The position numbers were made by a program, and so were the translations under genes. Below, in pieces: positions 31,681 through 44,360 of a DNA stretch of 64,000 nt (positions are counted from its first letter, which is position 1; the number at the start of each line of letters is the position of its first letter). The DNA is from Rhodospirillaceae bacterium MC! (GTDB taxonomy: Bacteria > Pseudomonadota > Alphaproteobacteria > MC1), in the NCBI GenBank assembly GCA_002632265.1, contig NQOV01000005.1, positions 148,234 to 212,233 on the forward strand, given 5' to 3'. Below the pieces are notes generated by a model, which was not told where the DNA came from, did no database searches, and saw nothing but the letters and a program-made list of their open reading frames with translations.

Positions 31681-33684
31681 TTAGTGTAATTTCTTGGCGA
31701 AAGTATTTTGTAAATACTCTATATCTTGCAAATTGCCAACGGCGATCAATGCTTGTTTGTGCCAGTCTGCTAAGGCGGTTTGAATTTCCGCTGGAAGTAA
31801 CTTAAATAAAGGTTCTATCTCTTGATAATTATTATTTAAACAATTCTTTTGAAGTTTTTCAATGATATCTTCGGCAGTGTTTGGTTTATGACTTTTATAG
31901 CGTACTTTGACGATTTTGTATAAATAATGTTTAACATTACTCATTGTTCCTGCTTGTTTATAGTTATAATCTACGATACCATTATAAGATAAATCAAATA
32001 TGCTTTTGCCCAGCTCTGGTAATTGTGGGGTTTCGGCGTTGACTTTAGCGAGATTATTTAACGCATTAATGATTTTATCATGCGTAACCTTATTGGTGGT
32101 ATTTATCAAGCTAGCTATGGAAGCCTTAAAGATATTTAAACTATTTGTTGGATTTCTGCCCGATAAGACATCTTCACGTATCATCAAAAGCAAGGCGTAA
32201 GATGTGTAAACACTACTATTTGCACCACCGCTTAGAGTATGAGTACTTTCGATCTTTTTATTCAGATTGCTTAAGGTATCTTGATTGTTTTTCAGTTGGG
32301 ATTTTACTGATTGCAATTCATTTTCTAACCCTGCAATTTTTTCTTTGTAATAGCTAGTATCTACATTGCTTGTAGTATTCGCAACAACTGGATTGACGAT
32401 AGTTTGAGCATTCAATTCTTGATCATTATTACTTGGCGGATTAGCGGAATCTGTAGAAGATGCGTCAGATTTTAGCGAATCTTTATCATTGTCTTTGTCT
32501 TTGTTCTTATCTTTATCTTTGTTCTTATCTTTACTTTTATCTTTATCTTTTTCGCTCTCTTGGTTTTGATCTTTATCTTTGATCTCATCGGTGGAATTAT
32601 CTTTTAGTTTTAGCACTTCGTCCGATGTGGATGTGTCCTTATCTTTGGCAAGTTGATCGCTTTCAGCTTTATCTTTTTTACTGTTTTTATCTTTTTTGCT
32701 AGTTTTGATTTTTTTAGTCTTTTTCCCTGTTTTACTGCTGATAGACATATCTTGCGGTATCATCATATTAACCACTTGACTCACGATATTTTTCTCATCA
32801 GGCATGATTTTATAATAACCAATTGTTCCTAAAATGGCTAAAATAATCAAGACGATAACTGCAAAGATCAATCTCTTTTTATAGGATTTTCGTTTGGTAA
32901 CTGCTTTGAGTAATAAGGAAAGTTTGGGCTTTTTAGGGACTTTTATGGCAGAAAATGGGATCTGTTCCAAGATATTTTTAATGTCTGGAGTTAAAGTATA
33001 AGCTTTCATTGAGCTACAAGTTTCACTTAAGCCCGCCTTATGCACCAGTTCGACAAACTTATCGGCGATGTTTTGCGATAATATGATAACTTTTTTGATC
33101 TCGCCAGTTTTTAAATCATTAATGATATTATTTGGTAATTCGTCAATATAAATAGTTTTATAAACTATAGTTCTATGGATATCATAAACATCACTATCTT
33201 CCAATTTATCAAAGCCATAGGATATCTCTTCACCACTGATATAAGCTAGGGATACATCCTTTTTATTTTTGTAAAACTTTTGGATAGTTTCTTCAAGCTG
33301 TACGGCTGTGCCTGCTCCAGTTTTGATCTTTTTAAATCCTGCTTCCTTTAATTTTTCGGTTGTTTTATCGCCCACCGCAAAGATAGGTAATTTTTTAAAT
33401 TTCTTAGAAGTATTCTCAAGAGCTTTAACACTGTTTAAAGATGTAACAATTACTCCTTGGATGTTTTTGGGATCAATATTCTTTACTAAATCAATATTTT
33501 CATTGTTATACTCCACCGAAAAAATTGGCAAAATGTCCACCTTAAAGCCTTTTTTCTCCAATATATTAGCAGTATCTTGAGCTTCTTCAAGGGATCTGAT
33601 GATTAAAGTTTTCATGTTATTGTTACCTATTGAATTAATTGTGAATTTGAAATAAGAAAGAGATTTTCCGACTAGTTTTTTCAT
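31681..33684 (-). CDS. hemD: Uroporphyrinogen-III synthase (HemD) fused to a HemX-like membrane/coiled-coil module. The middle carries a K/D-rich low-complexity insert. The true start may be the internal Met at 33615.
   Basis: N-terminal 240 aa have the HEM4-like alternating fold; then one transmembrane helix, a KDKDK tract and a C-terminal helical domain. Confidence 0.6.
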   Translation of the reverse strand: MKKLVGKSLSYFKFTINSIGNNNMKTLIIRSLEEAQDTANILEKKGFKVDILPIFSVEYNNENIDLVKNIDPKNIQGVIVTSLNSVKALENTSKKFKKLPIFAVGDKTTEKLKEAGFKKIKTGAGTAVQLEETIQKFYKNKKDVSLAYISGEEISYGFDKLEDSDVYDIHRTIVYKTIYIDELPNNIINDLKTGEIKKVIILSQNIADKFVELVHKAGLSETCSSMKAYTLTPDIKNILEQIPFSAIKVPKKPKLSLLLKAVTKRKSYKKRLIFAVIVLIILAILGTIGYYKIMPDEKNIVSQVVNMMIPQDMSISSKTGKKTKKIKTSKKDKNSKKDKAESDQLAKDKDTSTSDEVLKLKDNSTDEIKDKDQNQESEKDKDKSKDKNKDKDKNKDKDNDKDSLKSDASSTDSANPPSNNDQELNAQTIVNPVVANTTSNVDTSYYKEKIAGLENELQSVKSQLKNNQDTLSNLNKKIESTHTLSGGANSSVYTSYALLLMIREDVLSGRNPTNSLNIFKASIASLINTTNKVTHDKIINALNNLAKVNAETPQLPELGKSIFDLSYNGIVDYNYKQAGTMSNVKHYLYKIVKVRYKSHKPNTAEDIIEKLQKNCLNNNYQEIEPLFKLLPAEIQTALADWHKQALIAVGNLQDIEYLQNTFAKKLH

Positions 33685-33807
33685 ATTATTTTTACCTATG
33701 AGTTAATTGTGAGTTAATTGTGAATTTTTTGAGTAGATTTTTAAAATTAGAGTTAAAGTTAAAATTAAAGTTAATAAGGGTTAGTGAAAAAGAATGAATG
33801 AAAGTTG

Positions 33808-34899
33808 TCATGAAAGTTGAGCTAAAGCCGAAGAGAGGAAAATATCTATTTTACCATTTAGAACTCCTACTGTGTCGCTTGTTTCGGTGGCGGTTCTTAG
33901 ATCCTTGATCATTTGATAGGGTTGAAGTACATAGGATCTAATTTGATGACCCCAACCATTATCAGATTTATTATCGTGTATGGATTGCGTAACCTCGAGT
34001 TTTTTACTTAGTTCTGCTTCGTATATTTTAGCTCGCAACATCTTCATGGCCGTATCTTTGTTGCGATGTTGGGATCTATCATTCTGACATTGGACAACAA
34101 TATTACTAGGCACATGAGTAATACGTACGGCGGAATCTGTAGTATTCACATGCTGACCGCCTGCTCCTGACGCTCTGTAAGTATCGATTCGTAAATCTGC
34201 AGGATTGATATCAATTTCGATGTGATCATCGATAACAGGATAAATACTAATGGAGGCAAAGGATGTATGACGGCGTGAATTACTATCAAAGGGCGATATT
34301 CTAACCAAACGATGTACCCCACTTTCTAGCTTTAACCAACCGTAAGCTTGATGGCCTTTGATTTGGACTGTAGCCGATTTTAAGCCTGCTTCGTCGCCTG
34401 GATTCTCTTCAATGTAGTCGATTTTATAACCTTTAGAATCTGCCCAACGTGTGTACATTCTTAACAACATCAACGCCCAATCCTGTGCTTCTGTGCCACC
34501 TGCTCCCGAATGTACTTCAAGATAAGTATCATTATCATCGCTTTCCCCTGATAATAATGACAATAACTCTTGATTGGCACATTGTTCTCGCAAAGAGATT
34601 AAGGCCTCTTTAACTTCCCGTTGGACTTCTTCATCTTTTTCCAATTGGGATATTTCCAATAATTCCACATTATCGTTAAAATCCTGTAACAGGCTTTCAT
34701 AACCTGTTAAACAATCAAGCAAGTTAGTTCTTTCTTTCATTAATGATTGGGCTTTATGGGGCGAGTTCCATAATTCAGAATCTTCCACTAAAGAATCAAG
34801 TTCTGACAATCTACGCTTTGACTCCTTATAATCCAAGCGAGATTCTTGTAAGTCTAGTGAGGTTTTGATATCTGTTATTATTTTATCTAAAGCAATCAT
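33808..34899 (-). CDS. prfB: Peptide chain release factor 2, encoded in a single frame with no programmed frameshift
   Basis: SPF tripeptide; GGQ motif (GAGGQHVNTT); 363 aa. Confidence 0.9.
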   Translation of the reverse strand: MIALDKIITDIKTSLDLQESRLDYKESKRRLSELDSLVEDSELWNSPHKAQSLMKERTNLLDCLTGYESLLQDFNDNVELLEISQLEKDEEVQREVKEALISLREQCANQELLSLLSGESDDNDTYLEVHSGAGGTEAQDWALMLLRMYTRWADSKGYKIDYIEENPGDEAGLKSATVQIKGHQAYGWLKLESGVHRLVRISPFDSNSRRHTSFASISIYPVIDDHIEIDINPADLRIDTYRASGAGGQHVNTTDSAVRITHVPSNIVVQCQNDRSQHRNKDTAMKMLRAKIYEAELSKKLEVTQSIHDNKSDNGWGHQIRSYVLQPYQMIKDLRTATETSDTVGVLNGKIDIFLSSALAQLS

Positions 34900-35033
34900 T
34901 TTATGTCTACCATGCTCCTTTTTTATGTACGGTGTACGACGTTTGATAATGTAATGTAATGTATATGTAATGTGGATGTAATGTTAATGGTTTGGGTTAT
35001 ATTTTTTAGTGGATAAGAGATACTATATAATCA

Positions 35034-37910
35034 TCAATTGTTACTATATTCATCCATATCCGCCGGGGTTATATCTTCATGTACACTACCATGATTGCTA
35101 TTGTTGATATTATCTTCAGGAATAACTACGGTGTTATTGTTATCATCACCGCCGTTATAATTGCCGACGTTTTCACCTTTGCTTTCACGTTTTTCTCTCA
35201 CGTCATCGGGGATTGGGGCATATTTACCATTTTCTATCGTGCTATCGTCATAGCTTTCGCCAGCTCCAAGATCGTAAATGTCATCTTCTTGGGTTTCGGC
35301 TTTGACTTCTTTATTAGGCATTTCATTATTCTTAAAGGCCTCTAAAATAGCATTTTTAGAATGGGGTATAGCCTCTTGACCAGTTAAGTAATCCACCCAT
35401 TGCAAGCGAATACCTGACGGCACTGGGAAAGGTTTCTTACTTAGCATATTCATGGCCTGTTGATAGAAATACTTAGCTGCAGGAGCTGCGGTCCAACCGC
35501 CACCTTCTCGGTGTCCTAGAGTTTTTGGCGTATCGTAACCCACATAAACCCCAACCACTAGATCAGGAGTATAACTCATGAACCACGCATCTTTTTCTAG
35601 GTTAGATGTTCCTGTTTTACCTGCTAAAGGAATCCCTAAAATACGCAAACTTCTTGCCGTACCACGAGCTACAACCCCTTGCATAATGGAAATTAGCTGA
35701 TAACTTTCATCACGTGGAGCGATTCTCTCATGGGCGTTAGTTAGTTTTGGCGGGATTAAAGTATCATAATAGTTTTTAGATAACTCAACAGGTGGTTGAG
35801 TAGTGTCGCCATTGGTTATTACGCAATCGCTACATTCACGCTTATCGAAAGCATAAATCATTTTACCCGTACTATCTTGGATTCTATCGATCAAATGAGG
35901 AGTAATTTTCTCGCCCTCGTTGGCGATACTAGCATACACATTAACATGACGTAAAAGAGTGGTTTCTGTAGCTCCTAAAGCGTTGGATAAATTGGGATCT
36001 AAGTCATCCACTTCGCCAAATGTTATGGCGGTTTTTGCGACTTTTTTCATGCCAACCGCTTGGGCTAGACGAATTGTCATCAGATTTCTCGATTGCTCAA
36101 TCCCGATTCTCATGGGAACTTCGCCAAAGAATCTATGAGTATAGTTTTGCGGTTTCCAGATCTTGCCGTCATCTTGAATAGCAACGAAAGGAGCGTCAAG
36201 AATTAAACTTGTGGGAGCGTAGCCGTTTTCCAACGCTGTTAAATATACCATGGGTTTAAAGGAAGACCCTGGCTGGCGTTTGGCTTGGGTGGCACGGTTG
36301 AAATCGGTTAGATTGTTATGATATCCGCCAACCATGGCATATATTTGCCCTGTGTGAGCGTTCATTACCAACATCCCACCGTTTACCGTTGGTTTTTGCT
36401 CTAAGGTATAGATTCCACGTGGATATAAGACTCCTAAAGGATGAGCCACGGCGTCATCTACTGGAATTACTAAGCCCAATCTACGTAAGCGTGCGAGATG
36501 TCTTTCTTCTACTGCCAAATGGGGATGATTCGCATACCAAGTTGCAATCTGCTTATTACGATTTTTTATTAGGGAAAGATTTTTTTTCTGCCAAGCTTTA
36601 TACCATGGCTTACCCATGTAATCCGTAAGATGTGTATAGTTATTTTCTTCCTTAGCGTAGATCACATCTCCAACGTGTAATACATCACTTGGAAGTAATT
36701 TAGCGTGGGTATTTTTTGCAGTATCAAGTGGCTTTAAGGCCCATTCCAAGCCCTTAAAAGGAATCAAACCACGACTCCCATTTTGCAAGCCAATTGATAC
36801 GGTTTTACTCTTATCGTTAATGGATAACACAACGCCGATACTCCAATCCTTATTAGGAGTGGTATTTTTATCTTTTGCCAATCCTGTTTGCCAATCTGCA
36901 TAATTATCCATATGGCGAATCGCTCCATGATAGCCATGGCGAAGAGTATATTCATTTATATCTTGTCGTAAGGAATTCACTGCATATTCTTGCATTTTCG
37001 GCTTTAGGGTGGTACGCACAAACAAGCCACCTTTATTTAAGGATTGATCGCCGTAATCTTTCTTAATCTTTAAACGTACGGTTTCCGCAAAGGACGGCGA
37101 ATAAACAACCTGATTACTTTTCGGCAAGTTGTAAGTTATGGGAGTGGCTACTTCCTGATCATATACTTCTTTTGTGATGTATCCATTTTGATACATGCGG
37201 TATAACACCCAGTTACGACGCTTTAAGGCCTTATCGTAATGTCTTGTAATTTCGTAGTTATTTGGGGCTTTTAGCAGAGTAGCAAGATAAGCAGCTTCTG
37301 CAGGAGTGATATCATCTACCGATTTATTAAAATAGCTAATGGCCGCCGCTGCAACACCGTATGATCTATGCCCTAAGAATACTTTATTTAGGTATAATTC
37401 AAGAATCTTATCTTTAGTAAAGACTTTTTCGATTCTTAAAGCTAAAAGGATCTCTTTAATTTTACGACTGTAGGTGGTTTCACTTGAAAGCAAGAAGTTT
37501 TTTGCCACCTGTTGAGTGATAGTCGATGCACCTATAGGGCGATGATGTGAGAGAGTTATCTTATAAATAATATCCGTATAAGCCGCTCGCATGATAGCAG
37601 GAATGTTGATTCCCATATGATCGTAAAAGTATTTATCTTCCGCTGACATGGCCGCATCACGAATGATTTCTGGAATGTCAGAAATCGGCAAATAAATACG
37701 ACGCTCTTGAGCATATTCAGACATAAGCTCGCCATCAGAAGCATAGAATCTTGTAATCTGCTCTGGCTGATATTTTTTTAAAGTTTCCGCCTTTGGAAGA
37801 TCTTTCTTATAATGTGCCACAACAATAAAGCCTACTAGAGCTATTGTTATCACTCCAAGAAGTATCATTGCTCCCAGACCTATTAATATTTTTATAAAAA
37901 ATCTAATCAT
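35034..37910 (-). CDS. mrcA: Penicillin-binding protein 1A (bifunctional transglycosylase/transpeptidase) with a D/N/E-rich C-terminal tail of about 100 aa
   Basis: GT51 motifs (EDKYFYDH, RQPGSSFKP); SxxK/SxN transpeptidase motifs. Confidence 0.9.
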   Translation of the reverse strand: MIRFFIKILIGLGAMILLGVITIALVGFIVVAHYKKDLPKAETLKKYQPEQITRFYASDGELMSEYAQERRIYLPISDIPEIIRDAAMSAEDKYFYDHMGINIPAIMRAAYTDIIYKITLSHHRPIGASTITQQVAKNFLLSSETTYSRKIKEILLALRIEKVFTKDKILELYLNKVFLGHRSYGVAAAAISYFNKSVDDITPAEAAYLATLLKAPNNYEITRHYDKALKRRNWVLYRMYQNGYITKEVYDQEVATPITYNLPKSNQVVYSPSFAETVRLKIKKDYGDQSLNKGGLFVRTTLKPKMQEYAVNSLRQDINEYTLRHGYHGAIRHMDNYADWQTGLAKDKNTTPNKDWSIGVVLSINDKSKTVSIGLQNGSRGLIPFKGLEWALKPLDTAKNTHAKLLPSDVLHVGDVIYAKEENNYTHLTDYMGKPWYKAWQKKNLSLIKNRNKQIATWYANHPHLAVEERHLARLRRLGLVIPVDDAVAHPLGVLYPRGIYTLEQKPTVNGGMLVMNAHTGQIYAMVGGYHNNLTDFNRATQAKRQPGSSFKPMVYLTALENGYAPTSLILDAPFVAIQDDGKIWKPQNYTHRFFGEVPMRIGIEQSRNLMTIRLAQAVGMKKVAKTAITFGEVDDLDPNLSNALGATETTLLRHVNVYASIANEGEKITPHLIDRIQDSTGKMIYAFDKRECSDCVITNGDTTQPPVELSKNYYDTLIPPKLTNAHERIAPRDESYQLISIMQGVVARGTARSLRILGIPLAGKTGTSNLEKDAWFMSYTPDLVVGVYVGYDTPKTLGHREGGGWTAAPAAKYFYQQAMNMLSKKPFPVPSGIRLQWVDYLTGQEAIPHSKNAILEAFKNNEMPNKEVKAETQEDDIYDLGAGESYDDSTIENGKYAPIPDDVREKRESKGENVGNYNGGDDNNNTVVIPEDNINNSNHGSVHEDITPADMDEYSNN

Positions 37911-38070
37911 TTTACTTACTAACCGTGCCTACAAATGTTAATTATATATTTATATAATAATTCATAAGAAAAAGCAAGTTTTATTTATTTATTGAAAAAA
38001 ATATAATTTGTGATACTATAGTTATATCCGTTTTAACCCTAAGTTAACCCTAAGAAAGTATACAAGCATA

Positions 38071-38859
38071 ATGACTTCTGTAAACAATAAAAAACTAGAA
38101 AAAAGACTAAAAAGAAACGTCGGTAAAGCCATTGCTGATTTTAATATGATAGAAGAAGGCGATCGTGTAATGGTCTGCATATCAGGGGGGAAAGATAGTC
38201 TTTCTTTGCTTGATATCCTGATGAAATTACAAGCGTACGCTCCCATAAGATTCGAAATAATCGCCGTTCACTTAGCTCAAGGACAACCAGGAGTAGATAC
38301 GAACGCCTTGCCAACGCATTTTAAAAATATCGATGTTAATTATCACATCATCCAAAGTGATACTTATTCCATAATATCCGAAAAAATCCCTGCAACACAA
38401 ACCCGTTGTAGCTTGTGTTCAAGATTACGCCGTGGACATCTTTACGCCTATGCACGAGAAAATAATATCGACAAAATCGCCCTAGGCCACCATATGGATG
38501 ACATGATGACAACACTCTTTTTAAACATGTTCCACGGTGGAAAGCTCGCAACCATGCCTCCTAAATTACTAAGTGATGATAAAAGCAATATTTTAATACG
38601 TCCTTTAGCTTATTGCCGTGAAAAGGATATCATCAAATACGCCCAAAACAATATTTTACCTGTTCAACCCTGCGGAGAATGTGGTACTCCTGTGGAAATG
38701 CAGGAAAGAGAATCCATTAAACAAATGCTCTGGGATTGGGAAAAAACCAACCCCCACCGCATAACAAACATTATCAACTCCATAAAAAACATCAATCCAA
38801 GCCATATGCTAGATACGGAACTATACGATTTTAAAAACTTAAAACTATCTCGCAAATAA
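38071..38859 (+). CDS. ttcA: tRNA 2-thiocytidine(32) synthetase TtcA
   Basis: PP-loop SGGKDS plus two CxxC pairs. Confidence 0.85.
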   Translation: MTSVNNKKLEKRLKRNVGKAIADFNMIEEGDRVMVCISGGKDSLSLLDILMKLQAYAPIRFEIIAVHLAQGQPGVDTNALPTHFKNIDVNYHIIQSDTYSIISEKIPATQTRCSLCSRLRRGHLYAYARENNIDKIALGHHMDDMMTTLFLNMFHGGKLATMPPKLLSDDKSNILIRPLAYCREKDIIKYAQNNILPVQPCGECGTPVEMQERESIKQMLWDWEKTNPHRITNIINSIKNINPSHMLDTELYDFKNLKLSRK

Positions 38860-39301
38860 CAAACTCAAAAAAAGTTATGAATCGAATCCATTTTGTTATT
38901 GACAAACGCATATTAAGATATTATATTATATGAAAACTAATTACATCCATAGGATTAATCTTATATAACATAAGGGGATAGCTCTACATATAACCAAATA
39001 GATAGATAACAAAATGGCTAACTTTAAAAGCTCACATTTGACTCGGCCTATATTATATAAAAGCATACTCCTTTACATAGAATCAAGCAAGATATATGAT
39101 CTTTTTAAGAAAGTAAATATAATTTTTATTTCTCATACACTACAATCTAATATCCTCCAATCTTCAAATATTAGATTCGAAATAACAAAGGCGAACAACT
39201 GCCATTATATTTACTTTCTCAACAAGCTCATATATGCTCGATCTTTTACCTTAAGGTGTATATTACCCCGCTGGATAACCCAAGGATTGTAAGCAAGGAT
39301 T

Positions 39302-39366
39302 GTATATGTAGGGTGTATGTGGTACTAAATTTATAATGCACAACAATTCACATACATCCTACATAT
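39302..39366. repeat. Large inverted repeat GTATATGTAGGGTGTATGTG ... CACATACATCCTACATATAC (20-bp arms, 1 mismatch, 25-nt spacer)
   Basis: Direct reading; intergenic between ttcA and tRNA-Ser. Confidence 0.6.
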
Positions 39367-39454
39367 ACGATTTTGATATCTGCCCAAATGGAGTCCTGAT
39401 CAGTTTTATTTAGGATTTGGGATCTGTGAGAGTCAATATTAAGAATTAAAAAGT

Positions 39455-39490
39455 AAAAAACTGTGTACCTAAAAAGTACACAGTTTTTAT
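39455..39490. terminator. Bidirectional intrinsic terminator AAAAAACTGTGTAC-CTAAAAA-GTACACAGTTTTT
   Basis: Perfect 12-bp stem flanked by A-run and T-run, directly 3' of the tRNA. Confidence 0.7.
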
Positions 39491-39492
39491 TC

Positions 39493-39584
39493 TGGCAGAG
39501 AGGAAGGGATTCGAACCCTCGATACGAGTTTCCCCATATACTCCCTTAGCAGGGGAGCGCCTTCAGCCGCTCGGCCACCTCTCC
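39493..39584 (-). tRNA. tRNA-Ser (anticodon GCU), 92 nt with a long variable arm and encoded CCA
   Basis: Hand-folded cloverleaf: acceptor stem GGAGAGG/CCTCTCT, D-stem GCC/GGC, anticodon loop CTGCTAA, T-arm GAGGG-TTCGAAT-CCCTT, 3' GCCA. Confidence 0.85.
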
Positions 39585-39735
39585 ACCTATGAGAATACTA
39601 AATTCATAACTTTAAGTCAAGATATTTTTTTACATAATAATAAGTCTTTGATATATATAGTCAAATACGAATTTATGAAAAATAAATAATCAAGATAACT
39701 GTGGAAAAATGGCAAATAGCTATTTTGTTACGCTC

Positions 39736-41052
39736 TTACAAAATAAATCGTGATAGATCTTGATTCTTAGATAGCTCTTTGAGTTCTTTTTCTACAAATT
39801 CTTTATCAATTTTGATTGTTTCGCCCGAACGGTTGTTAGCGTCGAAACTGATATCTTCTAAGAGCTTTTCAATGAGAGTATGCAAACGTCTTGCACCGAT
39901 ATTTTCAATATTCTGATTAATATCTACTGTTAAAGTTGCCAATTCATCTAAAGCATTATCTGTAAAATCGAGAGTAACTCCTTCGGTGGCCATTAGGGCT
40001 ACAGATTGTTCAATTAAGTTCGCTTCGGGTTCTTTTAAGATTCTTACAAAATCTTCTTTTACTAGCGGTTTTAATTCCACACGTATGGGCAATCTACCTT
40101 GTAATTCAGGCAGAAGATCCGAGGGTTTTGCCACGTGAAAAGCTCCTGATGAGATGAATAAAATATGGTCGGTTTTAATTGTGCCATGTTTTGTGGTTAC
40201 GCTTGTACCCTCAAGTAATGGTAAAAGATCCCTTTGAACCCCCTCCCTACTCACTTCGCCACGTGATTTTTCCGAGCCGACGCAAATTTTATCGATCTCA
40301 TCGATGAACACAATTCCGTTGTTCTGCACATTAGAGATAGCGGTCTCGATGATAGCGTCTTCATCTAAAAAGGCGTCTGCCTCTTCTTGAATTAGGAGTT
40401 CTAAGGCTCTTTTTACAGGTAATTTCTTTTTCTTTTTCTTCTTTTGCGATCCACCTAAGAGATCGCCAAGATTCATCATGCCCATTTGTGCCCCTGGCAT
40501 TCCTGGTATTTCCATGGTAGGCATGGAAGATGCCGACGGCGAGACAGAGACCTCAACTTCCACTTCTTTCTCATCTAAATCGCCATTTTCTAGCTTGTTT
40601 CTAAAGGCGTTACGAGTGGCCTCGCTGGCATTAACACCCACTAAGATATCTAGGATTTTATCTGTGGCTAAATCCTGGGCTTTATCTGTGAACTTAGCTT
40701 GTTGTTTTGCTCGCTCTTGGGCAATGGAAATTTCACTTAGATCACGAATGATAGATTCCACATCACGTCCCACATATCCGATTTCTGTGAACTTAGTAGC
40801 TTCAACTTTGATAAATGGTGCGTCAGCTAGCTTGGCTAAACGGCGAGCGATTTCAGTTTTACCGCAACCTGTAGGCCCGATCATTAGGATGTTTTTAGGG
40901 ATGACTTCATCACGTAAATTATCTGCTAACTGTGATCTTCTCCAACGATTTCTTAGGGCGATAGCCACGGATTTTTTAGCGTCATCTTGACCGATAATAA
41001 AGCGATCTAATTCCGCCACTGTTTCTTTTGGGGTAAATATGTTATTTGTCAT
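39736..41052 (-). CDS. hslU: ATP-dependent protease ATPase subunit HslU
   Basis: Walker A GPTGCGKT; 438 aa. Confidence 0.95.
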   Translation of the reverse strand: MTNNIFTPKETVAELDRFIIGQDDAKKSVAIALRNRWRRSQLADNLRDEVIPKNILMIGPTGCGKTEIARRLAKLADAPFIKVEATKFTEIGYVGRDVESIIRDLSEISIAQERAKQQAKFTDKAQDLATDKILDILVGVNASEATRNAFRNKLENGDLDEKEVEVEVSVSPSASSMPTMEIPGMPGAQMGMMNLGDLLGGSQKKKKKKKLPVKRALELLIQEEADAFLDEDAIIETAISNVQNNGIVFIDEIDKICVGSEKSRGEVSREGVQRDLLPLLEGTSVTTKHGTIKTDHILFISSGAFHVAKPSDLLPELQGRLPIRVELKPLVKEDFVRILKEPEANLIEQSVALMATEGVTLDFTDNALDELATLTVDINQNIENIGARRLHTLIEKLLEDISFDANNRSGETIKIDKEFVEKELKELSKNQDLSRFIL

Positions 41053-41587
41053 CTGCTTTTAATACCTCGATTGTAAAATTATTGTTTGTATATATGCAAA
41101 TATCGGACGTTATTTCCATAGCTTTCCTTGCTATTTTTTCGGCGTCGTCTTCGTAATCATTTAACGCACGGGCTGCGGATAGGGCATAGTTACCGCCTGA
41201 TCCTATGGCCATTATGCCATCGGCAGGCTCTAGCACATCGCCGACACCTGTAATGGTTAAAGATACATCTTTATCGACAACTAACATCATCGCTTCAAGC
41301 TTTCTTAAGTATCGATCGGTACGCCAATCCTTAGCCATTTCCACGCATGCACGTGTTAATTGCCCTGGATGTTTTTCAAGCTTAGCCTCTAATTTTTCCA
41401 GTAAGGCGAAAGCGTCGGCCGTAGCTCCTGCGAATCCAACGGCTACTTTGCCATCGCATAATGTTCTTACTTTACGTGCGTTGCCTTTCATTACGGTATT
41501 GCCCAAGCTCACTTGACCATCGCCAATAATAACAACTTTATCATTCTTTCTAATGGAAAGAATTGTAGTTCCGTGCATTGTTTCCAT
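41042..41587 (-). CDS. hslV: ATP-dependent protease subunit HslV with a short N-terminal propeptide (METMHG) before the catalytic Thr
   Basis: [19 protein letters not shown] motif; 11-nt overlap with hslU. Confidence 0.95.
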   Translation of the reverse strand: METMHGTTILSIRKNDKVVIIGDGQVSLGNTVMKGNARKVRTLCDGKVAVGFAGATADAFALLEKLEAKLEKHPGQLTRACVEMAKDWRTDRYLRKLEAMMLVVDKDVSLTITGVGDVLEPADGIMAIGSGGNYALSAARALNDYEDDAEKIARKAMEITSDICIYTNNNFTIEVLKADDK

Positions 41588-41626
41588 GTTATTCCATAGA
41601 TCCTTAAATTTTGTTTTGATTGAATA

Positions 41627-41666
41627 AAAACCCCAAAGCTTTAATATATGCTTTGGGGTTTTCTTA
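41627..41666. terminator. Hairpin AAAACCCCAAAGC-TTTAATATAT-GCTTTGGGGTTTT downstream of groEL
   Basis: Perfect 13-bp stem with a T-run. Confidence 0.7.
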
Positions 41667-41737
41667 TGTGGTATTTACTAGCGATTTCTCACGCTAATAT
41701 AAAATAAAGCATGTATAAATTAGTAAAATAAACTTAA

Positions 41738-43399
<1,662 letters not shown>

Positions 43400-43469
43400 T
43401 TAATTGTTAATATATATTAATATTATTATTGTTCTATTTTCATGTTATATTTATGATGTGTATCTTAAT

Positions 43470-43763
43470 TTAAGATAAAATACCATAAACATCATGTTCT
43501 GATATTAGCAGAAATTTCTCATTATCAATGGTTAATTCTCTTCCTGCATTTTTTGAAAATAGAATCGTGTCTTTTTCTTTTACAGATAAGGCAATACGTT
43601 CGCCTTTATTGGTCATAAAGCCCGCACCTACGGCAATAACTTCGCCTTGTATATGTTGCTCATTGGTTTTACCTGGCAAAATGATACCGCCAGCTGTTTT
43701 ATTTTCTCCGCTAGTTTTTTCACTGCGTACTAAAATATTGTCATTTAATGGTTTAAAAGTCAT
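43470..43763 (-). CDS. groES: Co-chaperonin GroES
   Basis: 97 aa; immediately upstream of groEL. Confidence 0.95.
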   Translation of the reverse strand: MTFKPLNDNILVRSEKTSGENKTAGGIILPGKTNEQHIQGEVIAVGAGFMTNKGERIALSVKEKDTILFSKNAGRELTIDNEKFLLISEHDVYGILS

Positions 43764-43950
43764 TACTTTTAACTCCCTGTAATATTGTATTTAATTAAAC
43801 TACACATGTTCTTAGAGTTTTAAGACATGTTCATATCGTTTGTTATTCTTCCTAATATAAGCAAAGATATAACATACAACAGTATATACTAAATAATAAA
43901 AAAGTCAAGAGAAAATTATGTAATTCCCTTGAGCTTTTTATTATTATTTT

Positions 43951-44289
43951 CTATAGATCTTCTATTTCAATATATTCTTTTTCAATTGCATACAATATTT
44001 TTGTATATGATAAAGATGTCTCTTCATAGATTTCACGTAATTTTTTTAATTCTATTACTTCCGCTAAATAAAGTAAGGGCGAATCATCATGCCTAATAAG
44101 ATTATACGCCTTTGATAAATACGCCGCTCTGATAGTAGCAACATATCCTGCGAATTTCAAAATCTCTTCACGTTTAAGCTTAGGCAAAGCCTTTTGAATT
44201 TTTATCCTGTTGATTGATTGTAGTTCGTTTTTCATTTCTTGTACAAAATGTTTACGAGCGGCTTCAAGTCTAAGTGAATCGTTAACCAT
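43951..44289 (-). CDS. Hypothetical 112-aa protein
   Basis: ORF only. Confidence 0.35.
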   Translation of the reverse strand: MVNDSLRLEAARKHFVQEMKNELQSINRIKIQKALPKLKREEILKFAGYVATIRAAYLSKAYNLIRHDDSPLLYLAEVIELKKLREIYEETSLSYTKILYAIEKEYIEIEDL

Positions 44290-44360
44290 ATTTTTTTCCT
44301 ATTCTAGTTATTTGATAAGTATATTTAAGTATATCACATCTGATAAAAGAAAATCAAGAT

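Noticed and set aside
33808-34899. prfB as a frameshifted pseudogene
   Set aside because: The ORF is full length with intact SPF and GGQ motifs. The frameshift is simply absent, not disrupted.
38022-38246. 74-aa minus-strand ORF
   Set aside because: Overlaps the ttcA 5' region antisense. ttcA has strong motif support.
39014-39292. 92-aa ORF in the ttcA to tRNA gap
   Set aside because: Very AT-rich with no ribosome-binding site. Its composition (many N/I/L/Y) is typical of a random ORF in AT-rich DNA.
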